The notes beneath the pieces are model-generated. The model saw only the letters and a list, made by a program, of their open reading frames with translations. It did no database searches and was not told the origin of the DNA. From a virus: DNA of 64,000 nt. Shown here piece by piece: positions 29,313-39,638 of the stretch (position 1 is the first letter of the stretch; each line of letters opens with the position of its first letter). The stretch lies in the IMG/VR virus record IMGVR_UViG_3300030117_007876, positions 1 through 64,000 of that record. One strand, given 5' to 3'. The position numbers were made by a program, and so were the translations under genes.

Positions 29313-30396
29313 AGATAAATCCGAAAAGATTGAAGAAATCTTAGTTGATTTAGGTTATGAATTATCTGACAGAGGTAAATATTGGCAAGCCAAAGCTCTT
29401 TATAGAGATGGTGATAACCCTACTGCGCTTCAAATATGGAAAAATACAGGAATATGGAAAGATTTTGTAGCAAACACTAAATACCAACCATTTAATAAAC
29501 TTTTACAACTTTCTTGCAAAGATGATGCTAGATTAAGCGAGATCATAGAATCTATAAAAAACGAAAACGAGTGTTTTATACCCGTAATCAGAGCTCCAAA
29601 GATGGAAACAGAACAATTTTTTAACCATGATGATGTAGGAACTTTATTACCTCATTATAATTTTTACAACAAAAGAAAAATATCAGATAAGACCTTAAAA
29701 CTTTACCGATCAGGTTTTTCTATGGCTGGAAAAATGAACGGAAGATTTGTTTTTCCAATATATGATGAAAATAGTAAAGTCATAGGTATAACCGGCAGAC
29801 ATTTGCTTTATGATAACAGCAAAAATATAGCTAAATGGAAACATCTTGGCAGGAAAGCGAATTGGATTTACCCAATCAATATTAAAAGCGATGGTGAAAG
29901 CGCGTTTCTAGAAGATATTGAAGAAAAGAAAGAAATAATACTAGTTGAAGGCATAGGTGATAGTCTAGCTTTAACTGAGCAAGGTGTTTTAAATCATATG
30001 GTTATTTTTGGTTTAGAAATAAGCTCCAAACAGTTATCATATTTAATATCTTTAAATTTAGACAAAATCATTATTTCCACTAATAATGATAAAGGTAAAA
30101 GCGACAACAGAGGATTATATGCAGCAATAAAGAATTATTTAAAATTAATAAAAGTTTTTGATATAGCTAAAGTAGAAATCAAATTACCAATACTTAAAGA
30201 TTTTGGAGAAATGCTAGAGTCTGGTGTAAGTATTGATGAATGGAAAAATAAATCATGCACCAAAAATCTTGAGGTAGAATATATCATTAAATATATAAAA
30301 CGAAATAAAGAAGAGTTTAGTAAATATAAAAAACAAGCTAAACTTTTAAAAGATTTTTTAGAACAAATAAACCTTGAAGCAGACTTTATCAGCTAG
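29290..30396 (+). CDS. DNA primase (TOPRIM)
   Basis: GRFVFPIYD...GITGR, ILVEGIGDSLAL, NND, KDFGEM; adjacent to helicase. Confidence 0.85.
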   Translation: MTYQTLTEDKSEKIEEILVDLGYELSDRGKYWQAKALYRDGDNPTALQIWKNTGIWKDFVANTKYQPFNKLLQLSCKDDARLSEIIESIKNENECFIPVIRAPKMETEQFFNHDDVGTLLPHYNFYNKRKISDKTLKLYRSGFSMAGKMNGRFVFPIYDENSKVIGITGRHLLYDNSKNIAKWKHLGRKANWIYPINIKSDGESAFLEDIEEKKEIILVEGIGDSLALTEQGVLNHMVIFGLEISSKQLSYLISLNLDKIIISTNNDKGKSDNRGLYAAIKNYLKLIKVFDIAKVEIKLPILKDFGEMLESGVSIDEWKNKSCTKNLEVEYIIKYIKRNKEEFSKYKKQAKLLKDFLEQINLEADFIS

Positions 30397-31483
30397 CAAA
30401 ATTAAAACCATGTCAGGCTGCTCTTGGCAGTACTGGTGCAAATACCACTTAAAGCTTCCAGATAAAACAAATGACGGTGCGCTAAAAGGCAGTATTGTGC
30501 ATCTAGTTTTAGAATGCCTTGGTAAAAAGAGGCATAAAAAACACTATAAGACTATTTTAAAAACAGGAAACATAGAATCCTCAAAAGCTGTTATAAATTT
30601 AGTTCTAAAACATGCTAAGAGAGATAATTTATTACATGACCCACTTAACCTTGAAGACATGGAAAATATGATTTTCAGAGGTTTGGTTTATGATTTTTTC
30701 GGTGATCGATACGGTAAGCCTACAAAAATTATTTCAGAAAAAGACTTCGAGATAGAAATAAACGAAAAAGATTTTTTTTATAAAGTAAAAGGTTTCATAG
30801 ATAAATTATTCATATACAAAAAGAAAAGCATTGCGTTAATAAGAGATTTTAAAACTAATAAAAAAGTTTATGAAGGAAAAGAAGTAACAGATAATCTGCA
30901 AGATTATATATATACATTAGCTGTAAAAAAACTTTACCCAGAGTTTAAGAATATAAAAATGGAGTTTGTTTTTCTTAAAGCTATGGAAAGTTCTAAATCT
31001 GAAACAGGATCTTGGCAGATTATAGGTGAAGATAAATCAATTTTAGAAATGAGACAGAAAAGCGAGCATGAGTTAAAAGGGTTTGAATATGAGCTTGCTG
31101 AATATCAAAATTACGCAGATAATTTCACCGAAAAAACTGCTTTATCTAATTTAGCTTTTCATCAAGGAATGCCCAATGATGGAAGCTTTTCTGGAAGGCT
31201 TTTATGCGGGTTCGCAAAATTTCCTAATGAAAAAAAGAAAGACGGTTCTCCTAAATGGTATTGTACATATAAATTTCCATTTGAATACTATTCTTTAATT
31301 AATAAAGAGGGGAAACTTAAGAGAAATTATTTTACTGAAAAAGAAGCTCTCGAAAACAAAAAAAACGGTGACTCAATATTACAAAAAGAATATGAAGGTT
31401 GCCCCACTTTTGAAAAGAAAAAACCTATAGCTTCACCTTTTGATTTTGATTCTAAAGACGATTTTGATCTTGACAAGTTTTAG
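30374..31483 (+). CDS. PD-(D/E)XK exonuclease (RecB/Cas4-like)
   Basis: LSASKI...GCSWQY, GSIVHLVLE, KGFIDKL...IRDFKT, QDYIYTLA. Confidence 0.8.
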   Translation: MKQTLSASKIKTMSGCSWQYWCKYHLKLPDKTNDGALKGSIVHLVLECLGKKRHKKHYKTILKTGNIESSKAVINLVLKHAKRDNLLHDPLNLEDMENMIFRGLVYDFFGDRYGKPTKIISEKDFEIEINEKDFFYKVKGFIDKLFIYKKKSIALIRDFKTNKKVYEGKEVTDNLQDYIYTLAVKKLYPEFKNIKMEFVFLKAMESSKSETGSWQIIGEDKSILEMRQKSEHELKGFEYELAEYQNYADNFTEKTALSNLAFHQGMPNDGSFSGRLLCGFAKFPNEKKKDGSPKWYCTYKFPFEYYSLINKEGKLKRNYFTEKEALENKKNGDSILQKEYEGCPTFEKKKPIASPFDFDSKDDFDLDKF

Positions 31484-31504
31484 AAATAGGTTATACTTTC
31501 ACCT

Positions 31505-32260
31505 ATGCTAGCTTTGTTTAAGAGCCATTACTCAATAGGCAAATCAATTCTGACCTTGAATGATCCTTCTAGTATTTCTGATGGTGGTCCCGATAGCATA
31601 TTTAAAATAGCTAAAGATAATAACCTCGAACAATTAATCTTAGTTGAAGATTCTTTAATAGGTTTTTTTGAAGCCTACAGAAGATCTAACAATTTAGGGA
31701 TACAGTTGATTTTTGGGTTGAGGCTTGCCATGCGAAACTCAAAAAGCGAAGAGGATAAAACCAGCGAACATAAAATCGTTATTTTTTCTAAAAACGATGA
31801 TGGTTGTAGATTGTTAAATCAAATATATTCTAAAGCTTTTTGTGACAACGATAAATTTCTCACTTACCAAGAGCTAAAAGAATTATGGAATGATGACAGC
31901 TTAAAATTAGCGGTACCATTTTATGATTCATTTATTCACGTAAACAATTTTACTTTCAGTAACGCAGTTCCAGATTTAAGCTTTACAGAGCCAACTTTTT
32001 TTATTGAAGAAAACAACAGCCCTATAGACGAACTTTTAAAATCTAAAGTATTAGAAGTGTGCAGTAAAAAAGGCTATAAAATAGAAAAAGCTAAAAGCAT
32101 TTATTACAAAAATAAACAATACGCTCAAGCTCACATGACATATAAAATCATATGCAGTAGAAGCTTTGGAAAAAGCAAAACTTTATCTAAACCTAATCTT
32201 GAGCATTTTTGCAGTGATGAATTTTCTTTTGAATCTTGGAAAGAACAAAACCATGAATAG
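31505..32260 (+). CDS. Stand-alone PHP domain of DNA polymerase III alpha
   Basis: KSHYSIGKSIL, ED..GF, IFGLRL, IVIFSKNDDG...L resemble the DnaE N-terminus. Confidence 0.8.
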   Translation: MLALFKSHYSIGKSILTLNDPSSISDGGPDSIFKIAKDNNLEQLILVEDSLIGFFEAYRRSNNLGIQLIFGLRLAMRNSKSEEDKTSEHKIVIFSKNDDGCRLLNQIYSKAFCDNDKFLTYQELKELWNDDSLKLAVPFYDSFIHVNNFTFSNAVPDLSFTEPTFFIEENNSPIDELLKSKVLEVCSKKGYKIEKAKSIYYKNKQYAQAHMTYKIICSRSFGKSKTLSKPNLEHFCSDEFSFESWKEQNHE

Positions 32261-32594
32261 CGAAAAAATAGTCGCACCTAAAAAATACAAAATGGGCGAT
32301 ATCGTCTGTAAAACAACATGGTCTGAATCAGTAAAAAATAAAAATTTTTCCATCCCAAAACTCGTAATCGAAATTAAATCAGAAGGCGTTTTAAGTGATG
32401 AAGATATATTTGATTATGTGGGCTTGGTAGGTAAAATGAATTTATGCGAACAAAGCATCTCACCTAATATAGAAGCTCATATTGATCATAAGAAACAATT
32501 AGTTACTTTTGTGGCTTGCCAGCCTATTAAAAAAGGAGAAGAACTTATTTATAACCTACATATTAGCTGTTTTAATAATGTTAAGATACGATAA
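32253..32594 (+). CDS. Small protein with degenerate SET-domain-like C-terminus
   Basis: N...SISPNI...VTFVACQPIKKGEELIYNL resembles SET NHSCxPN...FxAxRDIxxGEELTxDY. Confidence 0.5.
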   Translation: MNSEKIVAPKKYKMGDIVCKTTWSESVKNKNFSIPKLVIEIKSEGVLSDEDIFDYVGLVGKMNLCEQSISPNIEAHIDHKKQLVTFVACQPIKKGEELIYNLHISCFNNVKIR

Positions 32595-33207
32595 AAAACA
32601 AAAATACATTTGCTTTGATTTTGAGACTTGCAATCTTAATTTATTAAGCCCCGACAATAAACCATGGCAATTAAGCTATTTAATAGCAGAAGGCAATAAA
32701 GTATTAAAAGAAAAAGATTGTTATATAAATTGGCCAGACTTAAAACTTTCTGAAGAAGCTCGCAAGATAACAAGGTTCGATGATCAAAAATATAAAAGAT
32801 TAGCTTCTGACCCTAAAGAAATACTTGAAGATTTTCAAAAATATCTTTATGATGAAGATTACATAATAATAGGTCAAAATTTGTTAGGCTTTGATGTTTA
32901 TATACATAGAATATACTGCAAACTTCTTGGGGTTAAACCAGATTATTCTTATATTAATAGAATTTATGACACTAATTGCATAGCAAAAGCTATAAAAAAG
33001 GACTTGCAACCACCAAAAGATTTAGAGTTAATTTATTGGCAGTATAAACTTAACGATTTCAGAGAGAAAAATATGCGCACAAGCATAAAAGCGCAATTAA
33101 AGCAGTACAAAATCGATTTTAATGAAAATAAACTTCATGATTCTTTGTACGATATAAAAATGAACTTTCAAATATTCTTAAAACAAATTTGGCAAATCGA
33201 TATATGA
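32578..33207 (+). CDS. DEDDh 3'-5' exonuclease (Pol III epsilon-like)
   Basis: FDFET, GQNLLGFD, IYDT, LHDSLYDI. Confidence 0.85.
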   Translation: MLRYDKKQKYICFDFETCNLNLLSPDNKPWQLSYLIAEGNKVLKEKDCYINWPDLKLSEEARKITRFDDQKYKRLASDPKEILEDFQKYLYDEDYIIIGQNLLGFDVYIHRIYCKLLGVKPDYSYINRIYDTNCIAKAIKKDLQPPKDLELIYWQYKLNDFREKNMRTSIKAQLKQYKIDFNENKLHDSLYDIKMNFQIFLKQIWQIDI

Positions 33208-35762
33208 ATTTTCTTGATGACATAAAACCTTACCAAAAGGCGATGCTTCCGGGTGTTCGTTTGCCTAAAATTAACATCGAGCCTAAGTATTACAATCAGC
33301 TTGATCTTCCTGAAGATGCTGACAACTTTACATTTTTAAAAGCTTTATGTTACGCTAATTTAACTAAATCACAACACGAATCAAAAGAGTATCAAGATCG
33401 CTTAAAGATGGAGCTTGGTATTTTTGATGAATTAGGATTTGTTGATTACGTTTTATTAAACTGGGACATTTTAAATTTCTGTCATGAAAATTCGATACCT
33501 ACCGGACCCGGTAGAGGTAGTGCTGCGGGATCTTTAGTTTTGTTTTTAGTTGGAGTAACGAAAGTTGATCCTATTGAATATGGTTTATTCTTCGAAAGAT
33601 TTGTTAGCAAATCTAGAGCTAAAAAAATAGAACAAGATGGTATAACTTATCTAGAGGGATCTCTTTTACCTGATGTCGATAACGATATAAGTTACGACAG
33701 AAGACCAGAAGTTATCAAATATATTGAACAAAAGCATATAGGAAAAACTTCTAAAATATTAACACTAAATACTCTTTCTGGTAAATTATGCATAAAAGAG
33801 TGCGGTAAAATTGTTGGAGAATATTCTGAATCTGAAGTTAATGAAGTTAGCGATAAAATACCTAAAAACTTTGGAAGAGTTTTACCGTTAAAAGACGCTT
33901 TTGCACAAAATGAAAAATTTAAAGAGTGGGTAGAAGATAATAACAACGGTGAGATATTTAAAATAGGCAGGAAAATAGAAGGTCTTAATAAAAATACTGG
34001 AGTTCACCCATCAGGCATAGCTATTTCTTTTTACAATATTGAAGAAATTTGCCCCATGCAAAAAACCGGAGATGGGGATTTAGTAAGCGGCTATGATATG
34101 AATTATGTCGCTGAACTAATGGTTAAATTTGATGTTTTAGGCCTAAGAACTTTAACCGTTGTAAATGAAACTTGCAGACAATTAAACATAGAAACATCTA
34201 GTTTAAAAGTAGATGATCCATTTATTTATAAAAATTTAGAAAACTTAAATACCCCTCAAGGTTTATTTCAGATTGAAGCTGATACTAATTTCAGGGTTTG
34301 TAAAAAAGTTAAACCTAAAAACTTAGAACAACTTAGCGCAGTTGTTGCTATAGCTAGACCCGGCGCTCTTGATTTTGCAGATCAATATGCAACTTATTCA
34401 CAGACTGGTGAATTTCAGCTTGTTCATGATTTCTTTCAAGAAGAGCTCTCTTACACTGGAGGCATTCCACTTTATCAAGAGCAGCTTATGAAAATGGCCG
34501 TTAAGATCGGGTTCACACTTGATGAATCGGAACAGCTTCGAAGAATTGTTGGCAAAAAGAAAGTTGATCAAATGCCAGCATGGAAACAAAAAATAAAAGA
34601 CAAAGTTGAACAGCGAAATTTAGACCCTAAAATAGGCGATGTTTTATGGAAAGTTGCTGAAGATTCTGCTAATTATAGTTTTAATAAATCACATAGTATA
34701 TCTTATGCAATATTAGCCGCATGGACAGCGTATTTAAAATTCAAGCACCCTAAAGAATTCTTCTTGTCCTTGTTAAAGCTTTCTAAATATGAACCTGATT
34801 CTCACACAGAAATAAATAAAATCTCTCAGGAGCTACAGTTTTTTGATATGGAACTTTTGTCTCCTGATTTAGCTAAATCAAAAATAGATTTTTCCATTGA
34901 AAACGGCAACATCAGATTTGGTTTAAATGCTATTAAAGGGGTTTCAGAAAAATCTCTTGAATCTTTAGAAAATTTTAGAGAATCCAAAACGCCTACTAAG
35001 TTTGATATTTTTATATCAGCGAAACAAGCAGGTATAAACATAGGATTACTATCTGCATTGATTCAAGCAGGAACCTTAAGATCATATAAAACAGACAGAA
35101 CTAGATTAGTTTTAGAAGCTCAAACTTTTAACCTTCTAACAGACAAAGAAAAAGCTTTTGTTTGTCAGGTAGGTAAAAAGTATAATTATGATATACTAAC
35201 AATCATCCATGACTGCGCAAAAATTAACAAAACAAAGCGAGATGATGGCAGACCTTTCATGACAGAAAAGAGGTATGAGACTTTTGTCAAAAAGTATTCT
35301 AATTATAAAACGATATATAATCAAAACAGAAATTATGAAGATTTTGCTAATTGGGTTTACGAAAACAAATTGTTAGGCTATACACCTTCTGTTAAATTAA
35401 AAACTGTTTTTATGCAGAATGAAAAATCTTTCACAGATTGCGTGGAATTAATGTCTGTTTTCTCTGGGGATAAAGTGAAAATGGTTGGGGAAGTTGAAGA
35501 TGTTTATAAAGGTAAAACTCGTAAAGATAATAGTAATTTTTACAAGTTTAAAATGAAAGACGAAACAGGTAGAACAGATGCTTTATTCATGGATACTAGA
35601 AGAGGAAAAAATCTGTCCACTTACATCGAAAACGGAAATAAAATTCCTGAAAAAGGTGATATAGTTGTATTTACAGGAAGGAAAGGAGATGATATAATCT
35701 GGTTAGAAAAAATGGCTATTCAAAACGATAGAATATTCATGAAATTATCTGATATAAAATGA
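33204..35762 (+). CDS. dnaE: DNA polymerase III alpha (DnaE) catalytic subunit lacking PHP domain
   Basis: GPGRGSAAGSLV, LFFERF, PDVDND, GVHPSG, KFDVLGL, YQEQLM, YSFNKSHS, IRFGLNAIKG. Confidence 0.93.
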   Translation: MNFLDDIKPYQKAMLPGVRLPKINIEPKYYNQLDLPEDADNFTFLKALCYANLTKSQHESKEYQDRLKMELGIFDELGFVDYVLLNWDILNFCHENSIPTGPGRGSAAGSLVLFLVGVTKVDPIEYGLFFERFVSKSRAKKIEQDGITYLEGSLLPDVDNDISYDRRPEVIKYIEQKHIGKTSKILTLNTLSGKLCIKECGKIVGEYSESEVNEVSDKIPKNFGRVLPLKDAFAQNEKFKEWVEDNNNGEIFKIGRKIEGLNKNTGVHPSGIAISFYNIEEICPMQKTGDGDLVSGYDMNYVAELMVKFDVLGLRTLTVVNETCRQLNIETSSLKVDDPFIYKNLENLNTPQGLFQIEADTNFRVCKKVKPKNLEQLSAVVAIARPGALDFADQYATYSQTGEFQLVHDFFQEELSYTGGIPLYQEQLMKMAVKIGFTLDESEQLRRIVGKKKVDQMPAWKQKIKDKVEQRNLDPKIGDVLWKVAEDSANYSFNKSHSISYAILAAWTAYLKFKHPKEFFLSLLKLSKYEPDSHTEINKISQELQFFDMELLSPDLAKSKIDFSIENGNIRFGLNAIKGVSEKSLESLENFRESKTPTKFDIFISAKQAGINIGLLSALIQAGTLRSYKTDRTRLVLEAQTFNLLTDKEKAFVCQVGKKYNYDILTIIHDCAKINKTKRDDGRPFMTEKRYETFVKKYSNYKTIYNQNRNYEDFANWVYENKLLGYTPSVKLKTVFMQNEKSFTDCVELMSVFSGDKVKMVGEVEDVYKGKTRKDNSNFYKFKMKDETGRTDALFMDTRRGKNLSTYIENGNKIPEKGDIVVFTGRKGDDIIWLEKMAIQNDRIFMKLSDIK

Positions 35763-38173
35763 GGAATTTAAATTTAACCCCTAGAGCTCAAAAGCTAGTA
35801 AAAGAAGCTCACAATTTAGCGGAAAAGCTTCAAAGCTCGAATTTAACACAGCTTCATATTTTCTTAAGCTTTTTTAAATTAAAATATAATCAGATAACTG
35901 AAGCTTTTGATTATTTTGAAGCTGATATAGAAAAGCTTGAAGAAGCTTCGACTAAAATATTAGAAGAATTAGCTAAAAAAGATCCAAATCAAGGCGACAA
36001 ACGAATATTGGCTAGCCCTGAAGTGAAAAAACTTTTTAGACTATCCAAAAAACTTTCTGCTAAATATGATCATAAATACATAGGATTAGAACATATATTT
36101 TTAAGTTTATTCGAAGATGCTGATGCGCCAATGCGCTTATTAATAGCAACATTTGATTTAAATTACGATAAGATATTAGATTACGTAGAGCAAAAGCTTG
36201 AAGAAGATGATTTAATTCCCTCCTCACTTCAAGACGACGAAGAAGAAGGTGAAAAAAACAACAACAAGTTCAACCCTAAGAAATATAAATTCCTTAATTC
36301 GTATGCTACAAATTTAAATATTCAAGTAATGCAGGGAAAAATTAATCAGCTGCATTTAAATAAAGGTTTAATAAAAAAGCTCTCTGAAGTTCTTTGTAGA
36401 AAAACTAAAAATAACCCTTTGATTGTAGGCGAAGCTGGTGTCGGCAAAACCGCATTAGTTGAATCTCTTGCTCAAGCAATTGTTGAAGGCGAGTGTTCAG
36501 ATTTTTTAGTCATGAAGAATATTTATAATTTAGATGTTCCGATGATAATAGCTGGATGCAAATACAGAGGCGAGTTTGAAGAAAAAATTAAAAATATAAT
36601 TAAAGAAATATCTGATGACCCTTTTGTTATATTATTTATTGATGAAATACATACCATCATTGGTGCAGGAAATCCAGAAAATGGTATGGATGTAGCTAAT
36701 ATATTGAAACCATATTTAGCTAGAGGCGAGATAACATGCATTGGAGCTACAACTTTCGATGAATACAAAAGAACTATAGCAAAAGATCCAGCCTTATCTA
36801 GAAGATTTCAAAATATTAAACTAGAAGAGCCTACTAAAAAGCAAGTATTTAGTTTATTAAAGAATATAAAAGATTCTTATGAAGTTTTTCATTTTATTAA
36901 TTTTTCTGATGAAATGATTAGATTTGTTATTGATTCTGCAGATAGATATATAGAAGGCAGGTTTCCCGATAAAGCTTTAGATATAATTGATCAAGTAGGG
37001 GCTAAAGTTAAATTAAAAAACTTTACCAAAAGTTCTGAAATGGTAAAGCTGGAAACTAAAATGAAAGATTTATCCTCTAAGCAAGAGGAAATGTACGAAA
37101 AAGATTTCAACAGAAAAATAGATGATATTATAAAAAAATACCAAAAAGCAGCAGAGCAACTTTTCAGCAAGTGGAAAGATAAAAAATATAGAATAAAAAC
37201 TTCAGATGTTTTAGAAGTTGTTGCAGATAAAACAAATATACCTATTGCAGATTTAAAAAAGCAAGACTCTGATAAAATTAAAGCTTTAAAACAGAAACTA
37301 AAATTACAAATCGTAGGACAGAATGACCCTATTGAAAAAATTTATAAATGCTTGTTAAGAGCTAAAGCTGGTTTTAGAAATCCTAATAAACCAATAGCTT
37401 CCGTGCTTTTTGCTGGTCCAACTGGAGTCGGCAAAACAATGATGGCTAAATTAATTGCTCAAACTCTTTTTGTAAACAAGAATAATTTTATTTCCTTTGA
37501 TTTATCAGAGTACACAGATAAAACTGCAGTTAATAAGCTAACTGGATCTAACCCCGGTTATGTTGGATACGATAAAGGTGGCATCTTAACGGAGAAAGTA
37601 AAAAGAAACCCGTACTCTCTAATACTTTTTGACGAAATACAAAAAGCGCATCAAGACGTATTATTTACATTATTACAAATATTAGAGGAAGGCAAAATAT
37701 CTGATTCATCTGGAAACACAGTTGACTTTTCTAATACTATAATTGTTATGACAACAAATGTTGGAGCAGATGCCGCTACTTCTGTTTCTATAGGCTTTAA
37801 TAAAGATAAAAATAACGCATCTTCTGATGTAGTAAATTCCGTTAAAAAACATTTCCCTCCAGATCTTCTAAATAGAATAGATGAAGTAATACCTTTTAAT
37901 TTATTAAAAGAAGACGATATTAAAATCATTATTAAAAGAGAGCTAGAAGAATTTAAGAAAGAATTATTAATTAAAAAAATAAAAGTAGCATACACAAGTA
38001 ATCTATCTAATTACGTATTCAAAAAAATACAATTTAATAATTTTGGAGCTAGACAAGTTCTTAAAACAGTGCAAAGAGAAATTCAAACGCTTGTTGCTGA
38101 GAAAATACTAGACACGCCTAAAACATGCCAAATAAAAATTTGTGTAAAAAACAACAATATATGTGTAATATAA
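35759..38173 (+). CDS. ClpA/ClpC-type AAA+ chaperone ATPase
   Basis: Clp N repeats, KNNPLIVGEAGVGKT, LFIDEIH, RFPDKALD, GPTGVGKT, PGYVGY, FDEIQKAH. Confidence 0.93.
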   Translation: MRNLNLTPRAQKLVKEAHNLAEKLQSSNLTQLHIFLSFFKLKYNQITEAFDYFEADIEKLEEASTKILEELAKKDPNQGDKRILASPEVKKLFRLSKKLSAKYDHKYIGLEHIFLSLFEDADAPMRLLIATFDLNYDKILDYVEQKLEEDDLIPSSLQDDEEEGEKNNNKFNPKKYKFLNSYATNLNIQVMQGKINQLHLNKGLIKKLSEVLCRKTKNNPLIVGEAGVGKTALVESLAQAIVEGECSDFLVMKNIYNLDVPMIIAGCKYRGEFEEKIKNIIKEISDDPFVILFIDEIHTIIGAGNPENGMDVANILKPYLARGEITCIGATTFDEYKRTIAKDPALSRRFQNIKLEEPTKKQVFSLLKNIKDSYEVFHFINFSDEMIRFVIDSADRYIEGRFPDKALDIIDQVGAKVKLKNFTKSSEMVKLETKMKDLSSKQEEMYEKDFNRKIDDIIKKYQKAAEQLFSKWKDKKYRIKTSDVLEVVADKTNIPIADLKKQDSDKIKALKQKLKLQIVGQNDPIEKIYKCLLRAKAGFRNPNKPIASVLFAGPTGVGKTMMAKLIAQTLFVNKNNFISFDLSEYTDKTAVNKLTGSNPGYVGYDKGGILTEKVKRNPYSLILFDEIQKAHQDVLFTLLQILEEGKISDSSGNTVDFSNTIIVMTTNVGADAATSVSIGFNKDKNNASSDVVNSVKKHFPPDLLNRIDEVIPFNLLKEDDIKIIIKRELEEFKKELLIKKIKVAYTSNLSNYVFKKIQFNNFGARQVLKTVQREIQTLVAEKILDTPKTCQIKICVKNNNICVI

Positions 38174-38204
38174 GTATATAACATAAAGCTAAACATTTTA
38201 AGCT

Positions 38205-39362
38205 ATGAGCGATTTTAACCCTATTTACAATACAGGATCGGAAGAAGAAGAAAACAATCAAACAAACGATATGTTTGATTTTGACATGCCTGATATCCCA
38301 GAAGCTACTGAAGAAAAAAAAGAAGAGCTAAAAGACAAAGATGCTGTTGGCTTTAAATTTGGTTTTATTGGAGCTGGCCAAGGGGGAGGCAAGTTAGCTG
38401 AAACTTTTTCTAGTATTGGTTATGCTAGAGTTGGCGTTATTAACACAGCTGATCAAGATTTAGCGACTATAAATGTTAAAAATAAATTAAAATTTGGAGA
38501 ACAGCAAGGCGCTGGCAAAAATAGAGGTATTGCTAAACAAGCTTTCGTAGATAATAAAGAGGATGTTGTAGATTTTATTAAAGAATCTGTAGGAACAGAT
38601 ATTGATAGAATCTTTGTTACTGTAGGCGCTGGAGGTGGTACAGGCGCTGGAGTTTGTTCGGAGCTAGTTAAAACAGTTAGAGAGTATCAAGACACAATAA
38701 AAGCTGGATCTTCTTATGTAGGTTTAATTTTAGCTCTACCAAAAACTTCTGAAGGTAAAAAAGTTAGCCAAAATGCTCATGACACATTAAAAGAAGCTTG
38801 TGAATTAGCAGAAAAAGGAGTTGTTTCTCCTTTAATTATTTTAGATAACGAAAAAATTAATAAGTTATACCCTAAATTATCAATAAAGAAATTTTGGCAA
38901 GTCGCAAATGCAAATATTTGCTCCCTATTTCACTTATTTAACAATATCATCACAAAAAATAGTGAATTTAGTACTTTTGATAGTAATGATTTTAGAACAG
39001 TATTAGATTCTGGCATCATGGTTTTTGGAGCAACTAACATAAATAACATTGAAAGCGAGTCTGCTATCTCTAAAGCCGTTAGAGAGAATTTAAAAAGAAA
39101 CGTTTTATGTGGAGAATTAGAGCTATCCACAGGTAATGTAGCAGCATCTGTAGCTATCGGAGATGAAGATACTTTAGATAATATTCCTCAAGAATATCTT
39201 GATAGCGCTTTTAATCAATTAAATAGAACATTAAAAACTAATAGCACAGTGCATCAAGGCATTTATAAAGGAGCTAAAAAAGGTTTGTCTTTATTTACAG
39301 CGATAGGAGGCATAGAAACTCCAAAAGATAAACTCATAACACTTCTAAAAGCCGCACAATAA
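38205..39362 (+). CDS. Tubulin/FtsZ-superfamily GTPase (PhuZ/TubZ/CetZ-like)
   Basis: IGAGQGGGK, INTA..D, GAGK, signature GAGGGTGAG, ILDN, FDSND. Confidence 0.85.
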   Translation: MSDFNPIYNTGSEEEENNQTNDMFDFDMPDIPEATEEKKEELKDKDAVGFKFGFIGAGQGGGKLAETFSSIGYARVGVINTADQDLATINVKNKLKFGEQQGAGKNRGIAKQAFVDNKEDVVDFIKESVGTDIDRIFVTVGAGGGTGAGVCSELVKTVREYQDTIKAGSSYVGLILALPKTSEGKKVSQNAHDTLKEACELAEKGVVSPLIILDNEKINKLYPKLSIKKFWQVANANICSLFHLFNNIITKNSEFSTFDSNDFRTVLDSGIMVFGATNINNIESESAISKAVRENLKRNVLCGELELSTGNVAASVAIGDEDTLDNIPQEYLDSAFNQLNRTLKTNSTVHQGIYKGAKKGLSLFTAIGGIETPKDKLITLLKAAQ

Positions 39363-39377
39363 GTGTAAAATATAAAA

Positions 39378-39596
39378 ATGAAACTAGATACACCATTTTG
39401 CACATTTAATAGTGCAGCGACTATACAGCCAGAAACTGGAGAAAGCATTTACTTAACAGCCGCTTTAGGATCTTTTAGTGGTTCTTTTGGCACAATTACG
39501 CTTGCTAGTAATCAATCTTTTATGCCAGCAGTTCCTTTAAAACTGGATTCTACAGTAAGCGGAACGATAGGTGAATTATTTTACTATTTTGATTGA
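39378..39596 (+). CDS. Hypothetical protein
   Basis: 72-aa ORF with GTGTAA 15 nt upstream. Confidence 0.55.
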   Translation: MKLDTPFCTFNSAATIQPETGESIYLTAALGSFSGSFGTITLASNQSFMPAVPLKLDSTVSGTIGELFYYFD

Positions 39597-39638
39597 AAAA
39601 CGTTGAAAATGTTGTGAGATTTATTATAATCTTGCAAC

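Noticed and set aside
30374-31483. Cas4 as part of an adaptation module for the array
   Set aside because: It sits in the replication operon 25 kb away, and such nucleases are common in phage replication blocks; no evidence links it to the array.
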